NCBI GenBank assembly: GCA_021613535.1
Contig: CP075497.1
Span: 6,448,001 to 6,512,000 of the forward strand
Source: Adineta vaga
Taxonomy: Eukaryota; Animalia; Rotifera
Length of the DNA stretch: 64,000 bases
Direction of reading: 5' to 3'
The notes under the pieces were generated by a model. That model made no database searches. It was not told the DNA's origin and was given only the letters and a program-made list of their open reading frames with translations. The translations under genes were made by a program, and so were the position numbers. Shown here piece by piece: positions 14,646-27,963 of this stretch; position 1 is the stretch's first letter; each line of letters begins with the position of its first letter.

Positions 14646-15048
14646 AGTGAATAATTATTCTTCATCTTTTCAAAGTTGTTCATCGAAATGTTGCAAAGAA
14701 TTGCTGAACAATATGTAGAATATCTTAGAATCTATTCAATTCGTTTGTCCTGTCAACAATTATATCTATTCAATTTATATGTGAACATCTGAATATTTTT
14801 TTAGTGATTATTCATTGTTTTGGCATGAATATAGTTGTATTGAAATAAATGATTAAATACATTTATCTTTATTTGACTTGTTGAAAAACCTATACACATA
14901 TCTGTTTTCAAATTTCAATTCATTTAGATTAATTTTTATAATACATGTCATCATTAAACTTTATCGGTTAGTGAAAAAGAATTCACAAAAATTCTGAAGA
15001 GAAAATTTTGAATACGATTAAAATTAATTTTAATTTAGATTAATAACA

Positions 15049-16157
15049 ATGGATATTTCGAGCGATATTTACCAATTTAAACGTTTTAGTCTCGTAAGTT
15101 ACTTTATAAGGTTTATTCTCAGCAGAGACTTCATCAATTCGATACAATTTCGAACATAACCAATTTTCATTGACTAGATCAGAACTGTCTCATAAATATG
15201 ATTATATTTGAAAAATCTTTTGTGATAGATCGATTTCAATTTGAACTGATATTCAAATATAAAGAAATAAAATCAATTTTGATCTAGTTTTTATTCTCAT
15301 CGAATATCTTTTCGTTTCAGACACCACCAGCAATGTATATAGGAGAAATCAGAAAACATTCTTCATTATTACTAATTGTAATTGCAGTTATGATATTATA
15401 TACCGTACTTTATTCTTTCGATTGATTTATGATGCCGACTTTGAAGATCTTAATGAAAAAGATAAAAATATGTTTCAACCCAGGACGATGGTTCCTGGAA
15501 GCAGGATTCCGCTTATTTCCGACGAATACCTGCGGGATATCTATCTTTTCCGCGTTGGATACCATGAAAAAGTGTCTGGAATCCTGCTGAGGGAACCGGA
15601 GATCGTATCCGACTATCGTTTATGGCAAGTTCTTGTCGGTTCCCAGTAAAACCAAGTAAATCCGATAACAGGATTTAGTCACCGGAATACTGCTTCCATA
15701 AAGTCTCCGGAAAGTCCCGGAACTGGCCGGTTCCGAACCGGATTATTTGACCTGGGAAGTTCTTATAAATATAACGAATGATAAAGATTTATGTTTCCAT
15801 TGTGTAAGAAAATACACTACATTCGAAGATCTTCAGAATTTATTAATCAGTAAGCAACATTTGAATCAACGTGATCTTATGATAAAAAACATTCGAACTT
15901 TTTTGGGTGTGTTATCAGTATATAACATCGCATTATCTTACATAGTATTTAGTGGTCCGATGTTATTATCTCTCACTTCAATTATCAGTACAGTTTTTAT
16001 TTTGATATCACTATTTATCACTAATTTGAAGGTCATACTATACATGGAATGGTCAACTGTTTTAACGTCGGCTGTGGTAACATCTCAATCGGTTGTATGT
16101 CTTATTCTTACATTTGCTGAAATAAACTTAAACTCATTTCATGCTCATCAAAGTTAG
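15049..16157 (+). pseudogene. Predicted membrane-protein gene interrupted by a MITE
   Basis: Removing 15479-15756 plus one AA copy joins ..EKDKNMFQ to VLINITNDK.. in frame. The downstream part has several hydrophobic segments. An upstream exon MDISSDIYQFKRFSL ends at a gtaagt donor, with a possible frameshift near 15420. Confidence 0.55.
15479..15756. mobile_element. Non-autonomous DNA transposon (MITE), 278 bp, CCCAGG..CCTGGG termini, 2-bp AA target-site duplication (CMC/EnSpm-like)
   Basis: GC-rich island flanked by aa|CCCAGG and CCTGGG|aa. Many internal CCGG/TTCCG palindromic motifs. The empty site restores the host reading frame. Confidence 0.8.
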
Positions 16158-16269
16158 ATCTTTTTTTAAATTTCATTGTTGTTACTTCTTTTCTTTGAAT
16201 AAACTTAAGGGAAAGATCTTTTTTAACCCATTAAATTAAATCTCCATCCTCATTTAAGTCATCGTCATC

Positions 16270-17450
16270 ATCATCATTGAGAGTACATTGTGATGAAATT
16301 GTTGATCATGTTTAAGCTTGAATAGAGATGTTAAGAGATATACTGAAGACATTGAATAACATCTTTAAAATGTTGAATTAGATAAAAAATGAACAAGTGA
16401 AAAAAAACTTTTATAAATACAATGGAAAAACAAATCTATAATGAGGTGATTTATGACTATGAAAATCATTTGGAGAATCAAATGGTGAATAAGATGGCGG
16501 TGTAACAGCACAATTTCCAGGTGATGGTCAATGATAATTAGATGATGATAATAATGATTGATATGCAGGGATAATTCAATTGTATTTGTTATTAGTTACA
16601 AACCAATCCATGATGTTACAACACCAAGTTCACGTTGTTCAAATTCTTGTCGTACTTCACCACTCATTAAAGAAGATCATCATCATATTTGAACATCACA
16701 AAAAGAGGTTGGCGATTTACAAAAAGAAAGAAAGCTGAATTACAAGAAGCAATTAAACAAGTGGACGTGAAAAGATAGAAGATCGACTTTTATGTGTTTC
16801 AATGCTTTAACTATTGTTTCGAACTTTCTTAACTATCTACTTTTTATTATATTGATCCATTGTTGAAAAAGTTCCACGAATATAAAAGTAGTTACAGTTC
16901 CTAGAAATTATTCAAGAAACAACTAACAATGGGGAAACGTGAAGTTAAAGATGATAAAAAAAAGATCAAAATGAATTGGAACGATTTGTTCGATTTTCAC
17001 AAGAACAGCTGAATTTATCAAACTTCGATATGGATATTTTACAAATACATACATTAATTAATACACGAAATGGATAAAACCATTGTAATCTCAGATCAGT
17101 TGAAGAACAGAAGGACTTTCTCGATCATATGCGTCGAGATGATTTTATAAATAAATTCAAATGCTTTGACGTAGTCAAAACGATACTAAGTCATGTCAAA
17201 CAAACAAAGGTGAAGGCCTTTGTTAATTTACTTAAAAATTAGGTATATCTTCGATTTTAATTTGAAAGTTTTTTTCTTTTCTGTTAATCGGCTATATTAG
17301 TTTCTAATAAACGTCATTTATGTATGTGCAGCTTTGGAAGATATAAAAAACATCTTTGTCGAAGTTCTTGAGACACTCATAGATGAGGAACCATTTTTGT
17401 TGAAAAATTTCTTCTTGAAGTCTAATCAAGACGATGAATTCCAATAGGTT
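16270..17450 (+). pseudogene. Decayed coding fragments of an unassigned gene
   Basis: Codon-like stretches (PIHDVTTPSSRCSNSCRTSPLIKED; EEQKDFLDHMRRDDFINKFKCFDVVKTILSHVKQTK; ALEDIKNIFVEVLETLIDEEPFLLKNF) broken by stops and frameshifts. Confidence 0.35.
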
Positions 17451-20259
17451 TAAATGGATAGTGATTTATTGTTTTTTTTTCACTTCAATAGAAAATTCGT
17501 TTCGAATTTGGTAAAAATCATACAATCGTTGTTTTTTGTTGTAGGCAGTGATAGTAATGATTGGATTTCAAATTTGCAGTATGAAGAACAAATGATTTTC
17601 AAACATTTCTTTATCTTCCAGTTTATCTTTACATTGAACATCTTATGTTCACACAAAAATAGAATTATTTTTGTACTTTGATAAAGATCAATTTCTCTTT
17701 CTTCACACTATTTTCGGTGTATTTTTTATTAAAACTTCTTTTCTTTTCTTTAGAAAATCTTCTACTCTGTTCGAAAAAAGAATTCTTCTGATCAGAATAA
17801 AAGTCTATTGATAGAACAGAAATAAAGTGGCGAGCCATAAGAGTGATCGGTCCACGTCGAGAGTTCGATAATAATTGTAGACGTTACACATTCAACAATA
17901 ACGAGAGATGATGGCATAACATATTTAGGGAGAAGAAAAAAAGACCGAAACTGAATAAGAAAGAAACATAGGTCAACAAACGTACAACATATATCCTACA
18001 CTTAACAAAATCTTCTTTTATATCAAAAGAAAAAAAGAATCGTTCATAATTCTTTTTTTTCTCTTCTATCGATCGATATAAAAGAGAGTGTGAATAAGGA
18101 TGTCCGTATGAGACTGAGAGCATAGCCGTGTTAGCCGACGTCTCGATCGATCGATGACCGACATTTTTCAGTTATTTGTCAACAATATCTCAGTTTTGAA
18201 AAGTTTTCAACCATCAACACACGAAATCTTATAACAACAACCTAGGTTGAAATAAGTCGAAAAGCTAACTCTGAATATTCATATGAGGGACTACCAAGAT
18301 TTATTTATTTCATATAGATTTATTCTCAGACGAACACTCTCACCCTTACCCACCCTCAAGTTTTATTCTTAGGATAAATATTTCTTATTGTATTTGTAAA
18401 TGAAGGTCGTCGAAATTATCGTTCTTTTATAAGTTTTTTAATAAGTGTATTAATTCATATGTTGATAGTATTATCATTATCAATTTATTATTTACAAGTA
18501 ACGCTTGTCCTTTGGATTCGCTGACCCTTTCTGAAGAAAAATATAGTACGATTATATTCAAAAATAACTCTTGTCTTGATTATATCATGTGACTGACATA
18601 GCCTTCTGGATTGTATAAAAATGGAAACAAAACATCTGTTCTTTAGTGCTGATCGTTTTATAGAAATACTTCCAACTATAATTACCAGATAAATGTTAAT
18701 TATCATTTCAGTTCATTTCTCTACGACATAAACTCCTTTATGATGTTCTTGCTGAAGATAAAGTGCGAATTTGTATACAAAAAATACAAAATATTACTAC
18801 CAAAAATCGGTTAGCAAAATATTTTATTTACACGAATCGAATGATAACAATATTCAAGAAAATGGAACTCAATCTCTTTTGTATGTTTTTGTTTCTCATC
18901 CAAGTTCGACAATGAGGCTAAAGTCACGACGTATCATTGTCATTATTCTCGGCAACATTCTTGAGAATGCTCTTTTTTCAAAATATGCAATCACTAAGAC
19001 CTTACACTTTTTAAACCGGCGCAATTATCTGTCTACTTCTCTGTACTCTATTATGAAGAAATAACGTGATGTAAGCGCTTACGAATTATATACAGAATGA
19101 ACACATCGTGTTCAATGTCAAATGCAGAATTCTCTTCGTCAATAAAACAAATAAGTTGATAATTTTCTACAAAACTGCAACTCTTACATATTTTAATTAA
19201 AACAAGCTTCTTAAATCGACGGTTAGTCGTTCGTCGAACTCTCTCCGGTTGGTCACTTACGGCTGACCGTTCCCGTTACGGGTCTTGTTCTCTATATCAT
19301 CTGCTCAATGAACATTTTGGTCCTCAGAAATTAAATCATCCGTAACATACCAGTTTCGAATTGGAGATTTCTAATGTTCAGATAAAAGTGCTCAGATTTC
19401 CGCATAGTCTCTAATTTGCTTTTCTTTTTAGACAATGATGTACTTTAGAATTGGTTCCCGTGGAACCAGTAATTGAACTTTTCCAAAAAGGGCTTTCCAT
19501 GACTTCAGATTCGTTTACGAATCTCTACCTTAAAACAATTTTTTATAATAACGACTAGTCGTCAACATATTTCGCACCACTATATCGCTAATTCTCAGCT
19601 CCGCTTTGTTTTGATCTCTCTCAAAAAAATTAGCAGCTTCCATACATTCGAGTTTCGAAAAAATTAAAAAGTAGAATGTGATACCTAGCTGCAAATGATG
19701 ATATTGCATTGTGTTCTAGCAAAGATTTTCGCTTATCTGGAATGTTATTACAAATTTGATTCGATGAAAACTCAATAGTATGATTACAACGAGAAAATCT
19801 TCAAGCCAAAACTCATTTCGATACCAGATTCAACTGTTTTTATCCTTCAACAAAGCCTGAAAAAACAAAGAGTTGATCAAAAGAAGATAGAGAAGAGATC
19901 GAAAAGCTTTGTTTGACTTTAAACCTAGCTTCTCTCTGCCTTTATGACGTTCACTTGAAGTTCAAAAGAAACTATGATTCCTTGTATATTACTAATTGTC
20001 CGATACTATTACTAAACTAGAAAAACCGAACTAAAAAACTTTGCAAAACCACTCGCAGACTAAGACATTTTCACCGCATTAGCTTTTACTTATATTTTAT
20101 GACGAATCATTTGTTATTCAGTTAGACTTTCCAAATCCAAACCCTAAAGAAAAAATTTTAAAAAACTACAATCTCAGATTTGAGTTCCTGGACCTCGATT
20201 ATCCTTCGGTCAACCCGTATGTGTGAGAATGCTGCGATTAACGAACGAACGAACTTTAA

Positions 20260-20975
20260 CCCGTTGGGTCTCGGTGATACATATATGTACCACCTCGAGG
20301 ATTTTAAATTTTCGCACTTTTGAGAATGTTGAAGGGATATTTTCTACATATGTTGGAAGCTGATAAAGATCAAGATCTATACAAGATCACACAAAAGATA
20401 GATTGTATGAAAAAAACGAACGCGTATACTATTCTTGTTTTTTGACCTCGCTACACCCCACACCCCACAAAAAAGTCAATTTTCGTTAGAAATAAAAAAA
20501 ACTCTAAAAAGTGCGCAGGAAGATAGTCCATATTCGAGTCTTTCACAAACCATATAGTTTTAGTATCTAAAACTTTACTTTTTAGCTCGAAATTTTGATG
20601 ATCTTTAGAATCCGCTTTCCGAAAAGTACGTTTTTTTGGTCAGCTAGACTCGCAGTTTTTGAGAAATTTTTTAATTTTACTTCTATTTTTCTCTCTAGAA
20701 AAAGGAGTATAAGGATTCTGAAGGAATTGCTCTAGGGCGCCCTCTATCGTGACATGACGTTTTGCTAGAAAAAAAACAGGAAAACGTAGCAAAAATTAGG
20801 ATGAGAAATTCTGAATTTAAATTAAGTCACTTTTCACTTTTGATTTCTGTTTTTCTCGACAGTGTGTTATGATATAGGGCTAAAAATTTTCCTATAACTT
20901 CTCCACTGCAGTCTCAACATACTCCGAAAATTACACGAGTTGCGGCTCAACAAGAAGAAAGTGGGTCTCAAAGAG
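20260..20975. mobile_element. Putative non-autonomous piggyBac-like element
   Basis: TTAA on both sides (20256-59 and 20976-79). Left end CCCGTTGGGTCTC and reverse-complemented right end CTCTTTGAGACCC match at 8/13. Subterminal imperfect palindrome GGTGATACATATATGTACCACC. No transposase ORF. Confidence 0.55.
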
Positions 20976-21068
20976 TTAATTCATTCTGCGTATACCCTCC
21001 TTTCAGTAGAGAGAATAAAGAGAAAAAAGGTGCTTAATATTTTTCAAAAAAGAAGTCGAAGAAAAAGA

Positions 21069-22800
21069 ATGATAAAAGTATCTATAACGAAAAGTTTATT
21101 TGGTAAAACAAATGATAATCATGAATGTTTAAAGTATGTGAAATAATTATCATTGATGAAAAAGAACATATAGATTATATAGATATATTCTTTCGACATC
21201 AGATGATTTTGAAGTTGTTCTTATTGATTATGGTGCTACTATTCAATCAATTCGACAATTAGATAAATACAATCAAATTGCTGAAATTACACTTGGTTAC
21301 GATACTTTACAAGGTACATTTCTTGTTTATACATTCTGTTCAATTCTGTGTTTTGTTAGATTATATCGATGATAAGTATTATTTTGGTTGTACTGTTGGT
21401 CGAGTAACAAATCGAATAAAGAATGGTTATTTTCAATTAGATGGTTTAGAATATCAATTAGAAAAAAATGATAGTAGTACACATCATTTACATGGTGTAT
21501 TTAATAAACGTTTGTGGATTAGTTCAATAGAAAATAATGATACAGTTGTTTTTAAATATCGAAGTCCAGATGGTAGTTTTTCTTCTAGATATTTTGAATT
21601 TGAAGATTAACTTGTTATTATTTTAAAGGAGAAGATGGTTTTCCAGGAGAAGTTGATGTTACTGTAAAATATACATTGACAAGTGATCATCGTTTAATTA
21701 TTGATTTTCATGCAATAACAACAAAATCAACACCTATTAATATGACTAATCATGCATATTTTAATCTTGGGGGAGACGTATGTATACACATTTGAAATAT
21801 ATGCCTAATATCGAAAAGAAATTTGTCGACGTCAAAAGAATAATATCATGAGTATATATTTTCTGTTATCAAATGAAATGAAACGAATAATAGTCTTAAT
21901 TATTTAGTAGAGAAAGTCATCGATGAGTTTGAAAACAGTTGATAGATTGTGTCAGATGAAGTTATGAAGAAAAACAGATATATTATGAAATAGAACTAAG
22001 TAGTTATCTTCTATGACACATAATATATAAATGCTATTGCTATATTGTGTCTGAAAAATTTGATTGCTTGAACATATGCTGTACCATTTAACTAAATACT
22101 ATTTATTCAATTATCTCCATCGCTATACTATTATTGTCATGTTGATAACATTGATTTCAGACAAATGAAACAATATTGGATCATCAATTGATTGTGCCAG
22201 CCAGTCATTTCACTCCCTTAGATGATGAACATATCCCTACTGGTCTGTTATTCTTTTGTCACAGATATAGATCTGTCATATTAAGAATAATTTTGTAGGT
22301 GAAATTACATCTGTAGAAAATACTCCAAATGATTTTCAAAAGTTAACTTGTATTGGTGATCGTATCGATAAAATTCCATTCGCCTATAATGTCATGTTTA
22401 TTGTCAATGGAGAAGGAAACCGTTCGTTTGGAAAGTAAGATTGAAAATAATTCTCAATACTTACTTTTCGTTTTTTCAAATATATCTTATGTAAGACTTG
22501 TTCATCGCACAAGTGGTCGAACTATGAGTGTTGAATCAACACAAAAAGGTTTACAATTTTATACTGGAACATATCTTGACAATGTTAAAGGACGTCAAGG
22601 TACTATATATAATAAATACAGTGGATTATGTTTAGAAACACAAAATTTTACGGATAGTGTTAATAATCAAGTAAATAAATATTAAACATGTATTTCAATG
22701 AACGACAATTCGTTTCATTTAGCCACAATTTCCAAGTACCATTCTTCGTCCTGGTGAAGAATATCATGAACAAACGATTTTTCACTTTTATTTAGAATAA
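21069..22800 (+). CDS. GALM: Aldose 1-epimerase (galactose mutarotase), multi-exon
   Basis: YGATIQS, LGYD, YFGCTVGRVTNRI, HLHG, DGEDGFPG, TPINMTNHAYFNL (catalytic His), GLQFYTG, GLCLETQ (catalytic Glu), ILRPGEEY. Confidence 0.95.
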
Positions 22801-24991
22801 TCTATCTATTTTATTCTACATTTGATCGATAATTATATAGATTTTTGATAGCTTTTTACTAATTTATTTTCAAGAAATTCAGAACTAACTCAAGGATTTC
22901 ATGTATAAGAATTTTTACTAATTAGTATTCACATTAATTTTCATGTTTGATAAAAAAATGACGAACTCCATATTGTATATGATAGGTCAATTCATATACT
23001 GTAAAAACAAAGCAATGAAATTATTATCACTGAATCTACAACCACCTTCTAATGTGTTATGTAAATATCTTTAATAATAATAACTATGACTAAGTTGTGA
23101 ATAATATTATCACCTACGGCTAGACTTCTTTCATATATTGTTTTGTATTCGATAGTAGTGTTTTTATGTACTCAAAATAAAAGAAGTTTTCGAAATTGTC
23201 CATATCTTGTTCCTTGATCATCATGAATGATTCATATTCGTAAATTATAATGTAAATAAGGTGAAAGTTTTGTTACAGACAATTATTAAAAGAATAGATT
23301 CGTAGTTTTTGATGTTCAATGGCTATTCAAAGCACTTACAACTCAATAGTTCAAAGAAAATAATAGTAAAAATTATCAATGGTGACAATTGATAGTTTGT
23401 CAAATAGTATCGTAACTTTTATTTTCATTTATGTTCTTTTCTTCACGATTCAATGAAGAAGAAGAAGAAGGAGTATTTTAAATTATATCAATATCACATA
23501 TGATGTTTTCAAGTGATGCTTCAATAAAGTATCATTGTATTATTCATTCTAAGTCAACTATTTGCATTATGGCTGGTTACATTTCGATATTTTGAGTGAT
23601 TAATAATAAGAATTATTGACAAAAATACTGTTTTTCTTGTCAATCGAAAAAGATTCAATATAATCTTGAATATTTTCGAATGACTCATCTTTTATCTAGC
23701 TTTCAATTTTCTCATCTGCTCTGGTACCATGAGAACAAATGAATATTTACGAAACTGATTACTGGTTCTTCAGTTGTATACCTATAAATATATCCACCCA
23801 TACGTATGTTTACAGGTGAACTTTGTATCTATACATATATATATATAAGCACATTTTCATAGTACAATAAAGTGATGACGACAAGTATTGACTACGTATA
23901 CATGTATATATTTGTTCTTTTTCTGGTTTCGCTTGATTAATTCCGTTTTTATTGAACACATGGTTATGTCTATTCGATAGAATCTTACCAATCACTTTTC
24001 ATTTTTATTTGTTTTTTTTTAAAAATTACCGAGTTATTTAAATCGATTATTAAATCAATAAATATAATCAAGTATGTATCCAATTTCATTCTTTTAATCT
24101 TAGTTTTTTCTTTTTATTTATTGAAAGAAACAGTCATAATCACGTACATTCGATTCGTAGTAGCGATGATGAATTTGTCATTTTATAACTTCAATATTGA
24201 CGTAATAATTGACTTTATAGACATCTTTTATATCTTATCAAATAAAAAAAACCATATCTTCTACATTCATTTCTTCATTTATCAGGCTTGAAGTCATTTA
24301 CAAGGAGGAAAGAGAATGACAAAAATCTTTCTTCAAATCTGTATAAAAAAAAAGATAGACAACAACCGGATTGTAATACTGTTCTTTGTTATTAAAGTTT
24401 ACGTATAATGTATATTCGTCGAAAGACTTTCATTTTATCTTTATAAATAGAACACACATCTTTTTTACTTGCTGATGTTATAATCATTCGCTAAACAGCA
24501 CGAAGAACGACTTCTCTATTTCCTGTCTGGAATTAGTCGTACACGCAACGTTATTACTTTGAGTTATTCTTTTAATGCGTTTTCACATAAACAGTAAGCT
24601 TCTTATTCTACAATAGGAAAAGAGAGTCATGTGTGAAATTTGATGATTTCTAGTAGGGTTAAGTCGAGTATCTTGAAGAAAAAGAAACTTCGGAAGATAG
24701 TCGAATAATAGATTACACCGTGCATCATATGACGCATTCGTTGTTTGAATATCTATTAGTTACGAACTTTTCTTATCTTTATTGACATGTGTATGTTAGT
24801 CCTTGAATTCACTTTTCGTACGTCGAACTATTCTAAACGATGTCCATTGAGATTTTCAAATGTACTTTACTTATTGTCTCTAAAGACAAATTACGTTAAT
24901 TTTATATAATGTCATTTGCTCTTGACGAAAAATCGAGATATTAGATTTACAGCTGAAATATTTTTCCGTTTTCTTTTGCATTTATTAGTTA

Positions 24992-26303
24992 ATGATTCTT
25001 TTTCGTCGACAAAATTATCTCCATAAATTGTGTATTCTAAGCACGATTCTAATGATAATTACCAGTATAATAAATATTATGCATCATTCTGCTCCTAATG
25101 ATAACCATGAACATGGTCAGATATCATTAACAACGAACAAACCAGAGCTTCCAGTAGGATTATCAACAATCGTGACGAACAAAATGAAATTAGTTAACAA
25201 TAAATCGAATAGTTTTCAAGAAACATATCAAAAAATATCCCATTCATTTAATGACAATTATATTTTGACATTGACTCAACAAAATCAATCGAAAGTATTT
25301 TGTCCGCTTGTTCCACCTGATTTACAAGGTCCGATGATAATTACAGGATTGCCAAGCAATTTCTCTCTGTCCAAAGAATCTTCGTATCATTCTGATGTAC
25401 AAATCGGTGGTCGATATCATCCTAAAACATGTTTAGCTCGTCATAAAGTATCAATTATTGTTCCATATCGGCAACGTTGGGAAATTTTAGAACAGTTTCT
25501 TTTTCATACACATCGTTTCTTACAACGACAACAATTAGATTATCGAATATTCGTTTGTGAACAAGCTTTTGATAAAACATTTAATAAAGGTATTGTTATG
25601 AATGGATGTTTTAAAGAAATTCTCAAATTAGAATCGAATACAAGCTGTTTTATCATGCATGATGTCGATTTATTATTAATCGATGATCGAAATATGTATT
25701 CATGTCCGAAAAATCCACGTCATTTAAGTGTTGCTGTTGATAAATTTCAATTCTATTTACCTTATCATGAATTAGTCGGTGGTGTTTTAGGTAATTTATA
25801 TAAATTAGTTTACTTTCATGTTCGAAAATGAACATAAATAAGACTATAATTAGTTTTAATGATCATGACAATTAAGCAATAAGAAAACTATTATAAATTA
25901 TTAACTATCCTCTATTTACATAGATGGAGGAAACCATAAAGAGTTAATATTTAATATGAATGAATGTTTGTTTTCTTTTTTAGCAATGCGACGTGAACAT
26001 TATTTATTAGTAAATGGTTATTCAACAAATTATTGGGGTTGGGGTGGTGAAGATGATGATATGTATAAACGTATAGTTAATAAACATTTAACACTTGATC
26101 GACCACCTGCATCAATAGCACGTTATAAAATGTTAAAACATACTCATCAAAAATTAAATCCTTCTCGGATGAAAGTCTTACGTACAGCTAATAGTCGAAT
26201 CGATTCGGATGGTGTAAATAACGTGAAATATAAATTACTTAATACAACTTTATATCATCTCTATACTCATTTATTAATCGATGTTGGTGAACAAAATACG
26301 TGA
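24992..26303 (+). CDS. GT7 beta-1,4-N-acetylgalactosaminyl/galactosyltransferase (bre-4/B4GALT family), 2 coding exons
   Basis: Type II TM anchor, GGRYHPKTC, IIVPYR, LQRQQLDY, FNKG, HDVD, GGV, NGYSTNYWGWGGEDDDM, KMLKH. Confidence 0.93.
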
Positions 26304-26437
26304 TAGGAAAATTCTCTGTTCTCTTGTTATGGAAAGAGCGTTTACATCTTTATTTATTTTTGTTTTCAAATATATAATATGTCAGTTATTTTTTTTGAAA
26401 AAAAAACATTTTTCTTTTTTTTATTAAAGATGATTGT

Positions 26438-27186
26438 TCATTTTTTACCAATTATGCTGCAATTCAATTCATCTGTTGCATCACCACAATGATTATGTTT
26501 ATTACATGTTAATGATTTTGAAATACAATTCTTATTTTTGCATAAGAAAACGCCAAGATTTTGAGGACAACCTGGTACAGCTAAAATACACGATGAAAAA
26601 GAGATTGATTTCTTCATTCATAAATCATACAAAATCTTACTAGTAAAATGAAGTGCGATAGCAATTTGAAAGCTTGCTGTTTTCGTTGTTTTACCAGTTG
26701 CAAATGTAAATGTTGTTTGTGTACTTGTTGTCTAAAATTACTAATAATTAAAATTTGAAATGAATTATATGAAATATCATACGGTGAATGTGAATGCTGT
26801 AGGTGCACCGCATTGTTGTCTAACATCTTTATTCAATAATGTTGTACCATCATAGATACGTAATGTATCACCTGGACAATCAGCAATATTCATTTGTTCC
26901 ACAACAATAACTAATCGTTGAGTTGGTAGAGCTGTACGAAATTTAATTGAACAATTGAAATTTGGTTGAAATTTGTTAATATTAGATAATTGAAAAGCTA
27001 AACCAGGTTTAATATTACCATCAAGAACCATTGCATCACTTCCACATATTTTATCCATTAAAACTAAATATAAAACTAAATATAACATCATATTGTACAA
27101 ATATACTTACTTTTCTCAGCAGCATTTACAAAGCTGAATGCAATAAATGAAATTAACAAGGCAAATATTGAAATGAATTTCATCAT
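26438..27186 (-). CDS. Small secreted CUB plus LDL-receptor class A protein, 4 exons
   Basis: Signal peptide MMKFISIFALLISFIAFSFVNA; CUB-like (NCSIKF..CPGDTLRIYDG..QQCG); LDLa CPQNLGVFLCKNKNCISKSLTCNKHNHCGDATDELNC; stop follows SIIGKK. Confidence 0.8.
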
Positions 27187-27541
27187 TGTTTTTCGAAAGT
27201 TGAAAGTAAAGAAGAGAAACAGATTCTGGTTTTAACATGCCATTTATATACTGCAAGTGTCAGCTTTAGATTGATTTTGTTTTCTTCAAAAACAAATTTG
27301 ATACAATGATAAAATTAAGCTATGAAGATAAAAGAATCAAATGAAATCTGACCTATCATCTGTGCTCGATAAAAAATATTGACTAAAATACCTTTACTAG
27401 ACGCTAAAAATACTCGACGAAGAAAAGAATACAGACTGATTTAAATCATTTTGAAGAAAAAGTATGTTTATTTTTTGACAAAAAAACAAAATTAATTTTT
27501 ACAATAAATAAAATCTATTCATTTGCTCTTCGAAATTCTTA

Positions 27542-27898
27542 TTATACAACGTAGATTTTCACATCCGGCTCTGTATATTGTCGTTGTTTATTTTGTTTCG
27601 TTGTTCGTGATGAATATAGTAAATATTTTAATTCGATTCGTTTAATAATTGTCGATGGATGAATCGGATTTCGTCGACGATATTGTATTCGAGTTTGTTT
27701 TGCATAATTTAATTTCGATGATCGTTGAGTTGACGTAATTGCTGATATTGATAATTCAAATTGTTTATAGGATACATTTGACATTGATAAAGTTGAAGAT
27801 AATGGTTGGCAATTCGACGATTTATTTACTCGTTTAGGTGTTGATGTTAATGGTATATGGAATTGAAATGAATCAAGACTTGGAATATCGTTAGTCAT
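27542..27898 (-). CDS. Small intronless basic protein, STPK motif (hypothetical)
   Basis: 118-aa ATG ORF with genome-typical codon usage; shares motifs with the ORF at 28478-28717. Confidence 0.55.
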   Translation of the reverse strand: MTNDIPSLDSFQFHIPLTSTPKRVNKSSNCQPLSSTLSMSNVSYKQFELSISAITSTQRSSKLNYAKQTRIQYRRRNPIHPSTIIKRIELKYLLYSSRTTKQNKQRQYTEPDVKIYVV

Positions 27899-27927
27899 TT
27901 TTGTTTAATGATATAAAAATATCAAAT

Positions 27928-27929
27928 AG

Positions 27930-27963
<34 letters not shown>
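27928..27963 (+). repeat. (TA)n(GA)n compound microsatellite
   Basis: Seen directly. Confidence 0.85.

Noticed and set aside
14688-17030. Assignment of the decayed fragments to BLOC1S4
   Set aside because: Only a vague resemblance of two short helical segments; cannot be supported without a search.
21069-26303. GALM next to a GT7 transferase as a galactose gene cluster or HGT island
   Set aside because: Both look like ordinary intron-containing animal genes, and the transferase is predicted to use GalNAc. Adjacency is probably coincidental.
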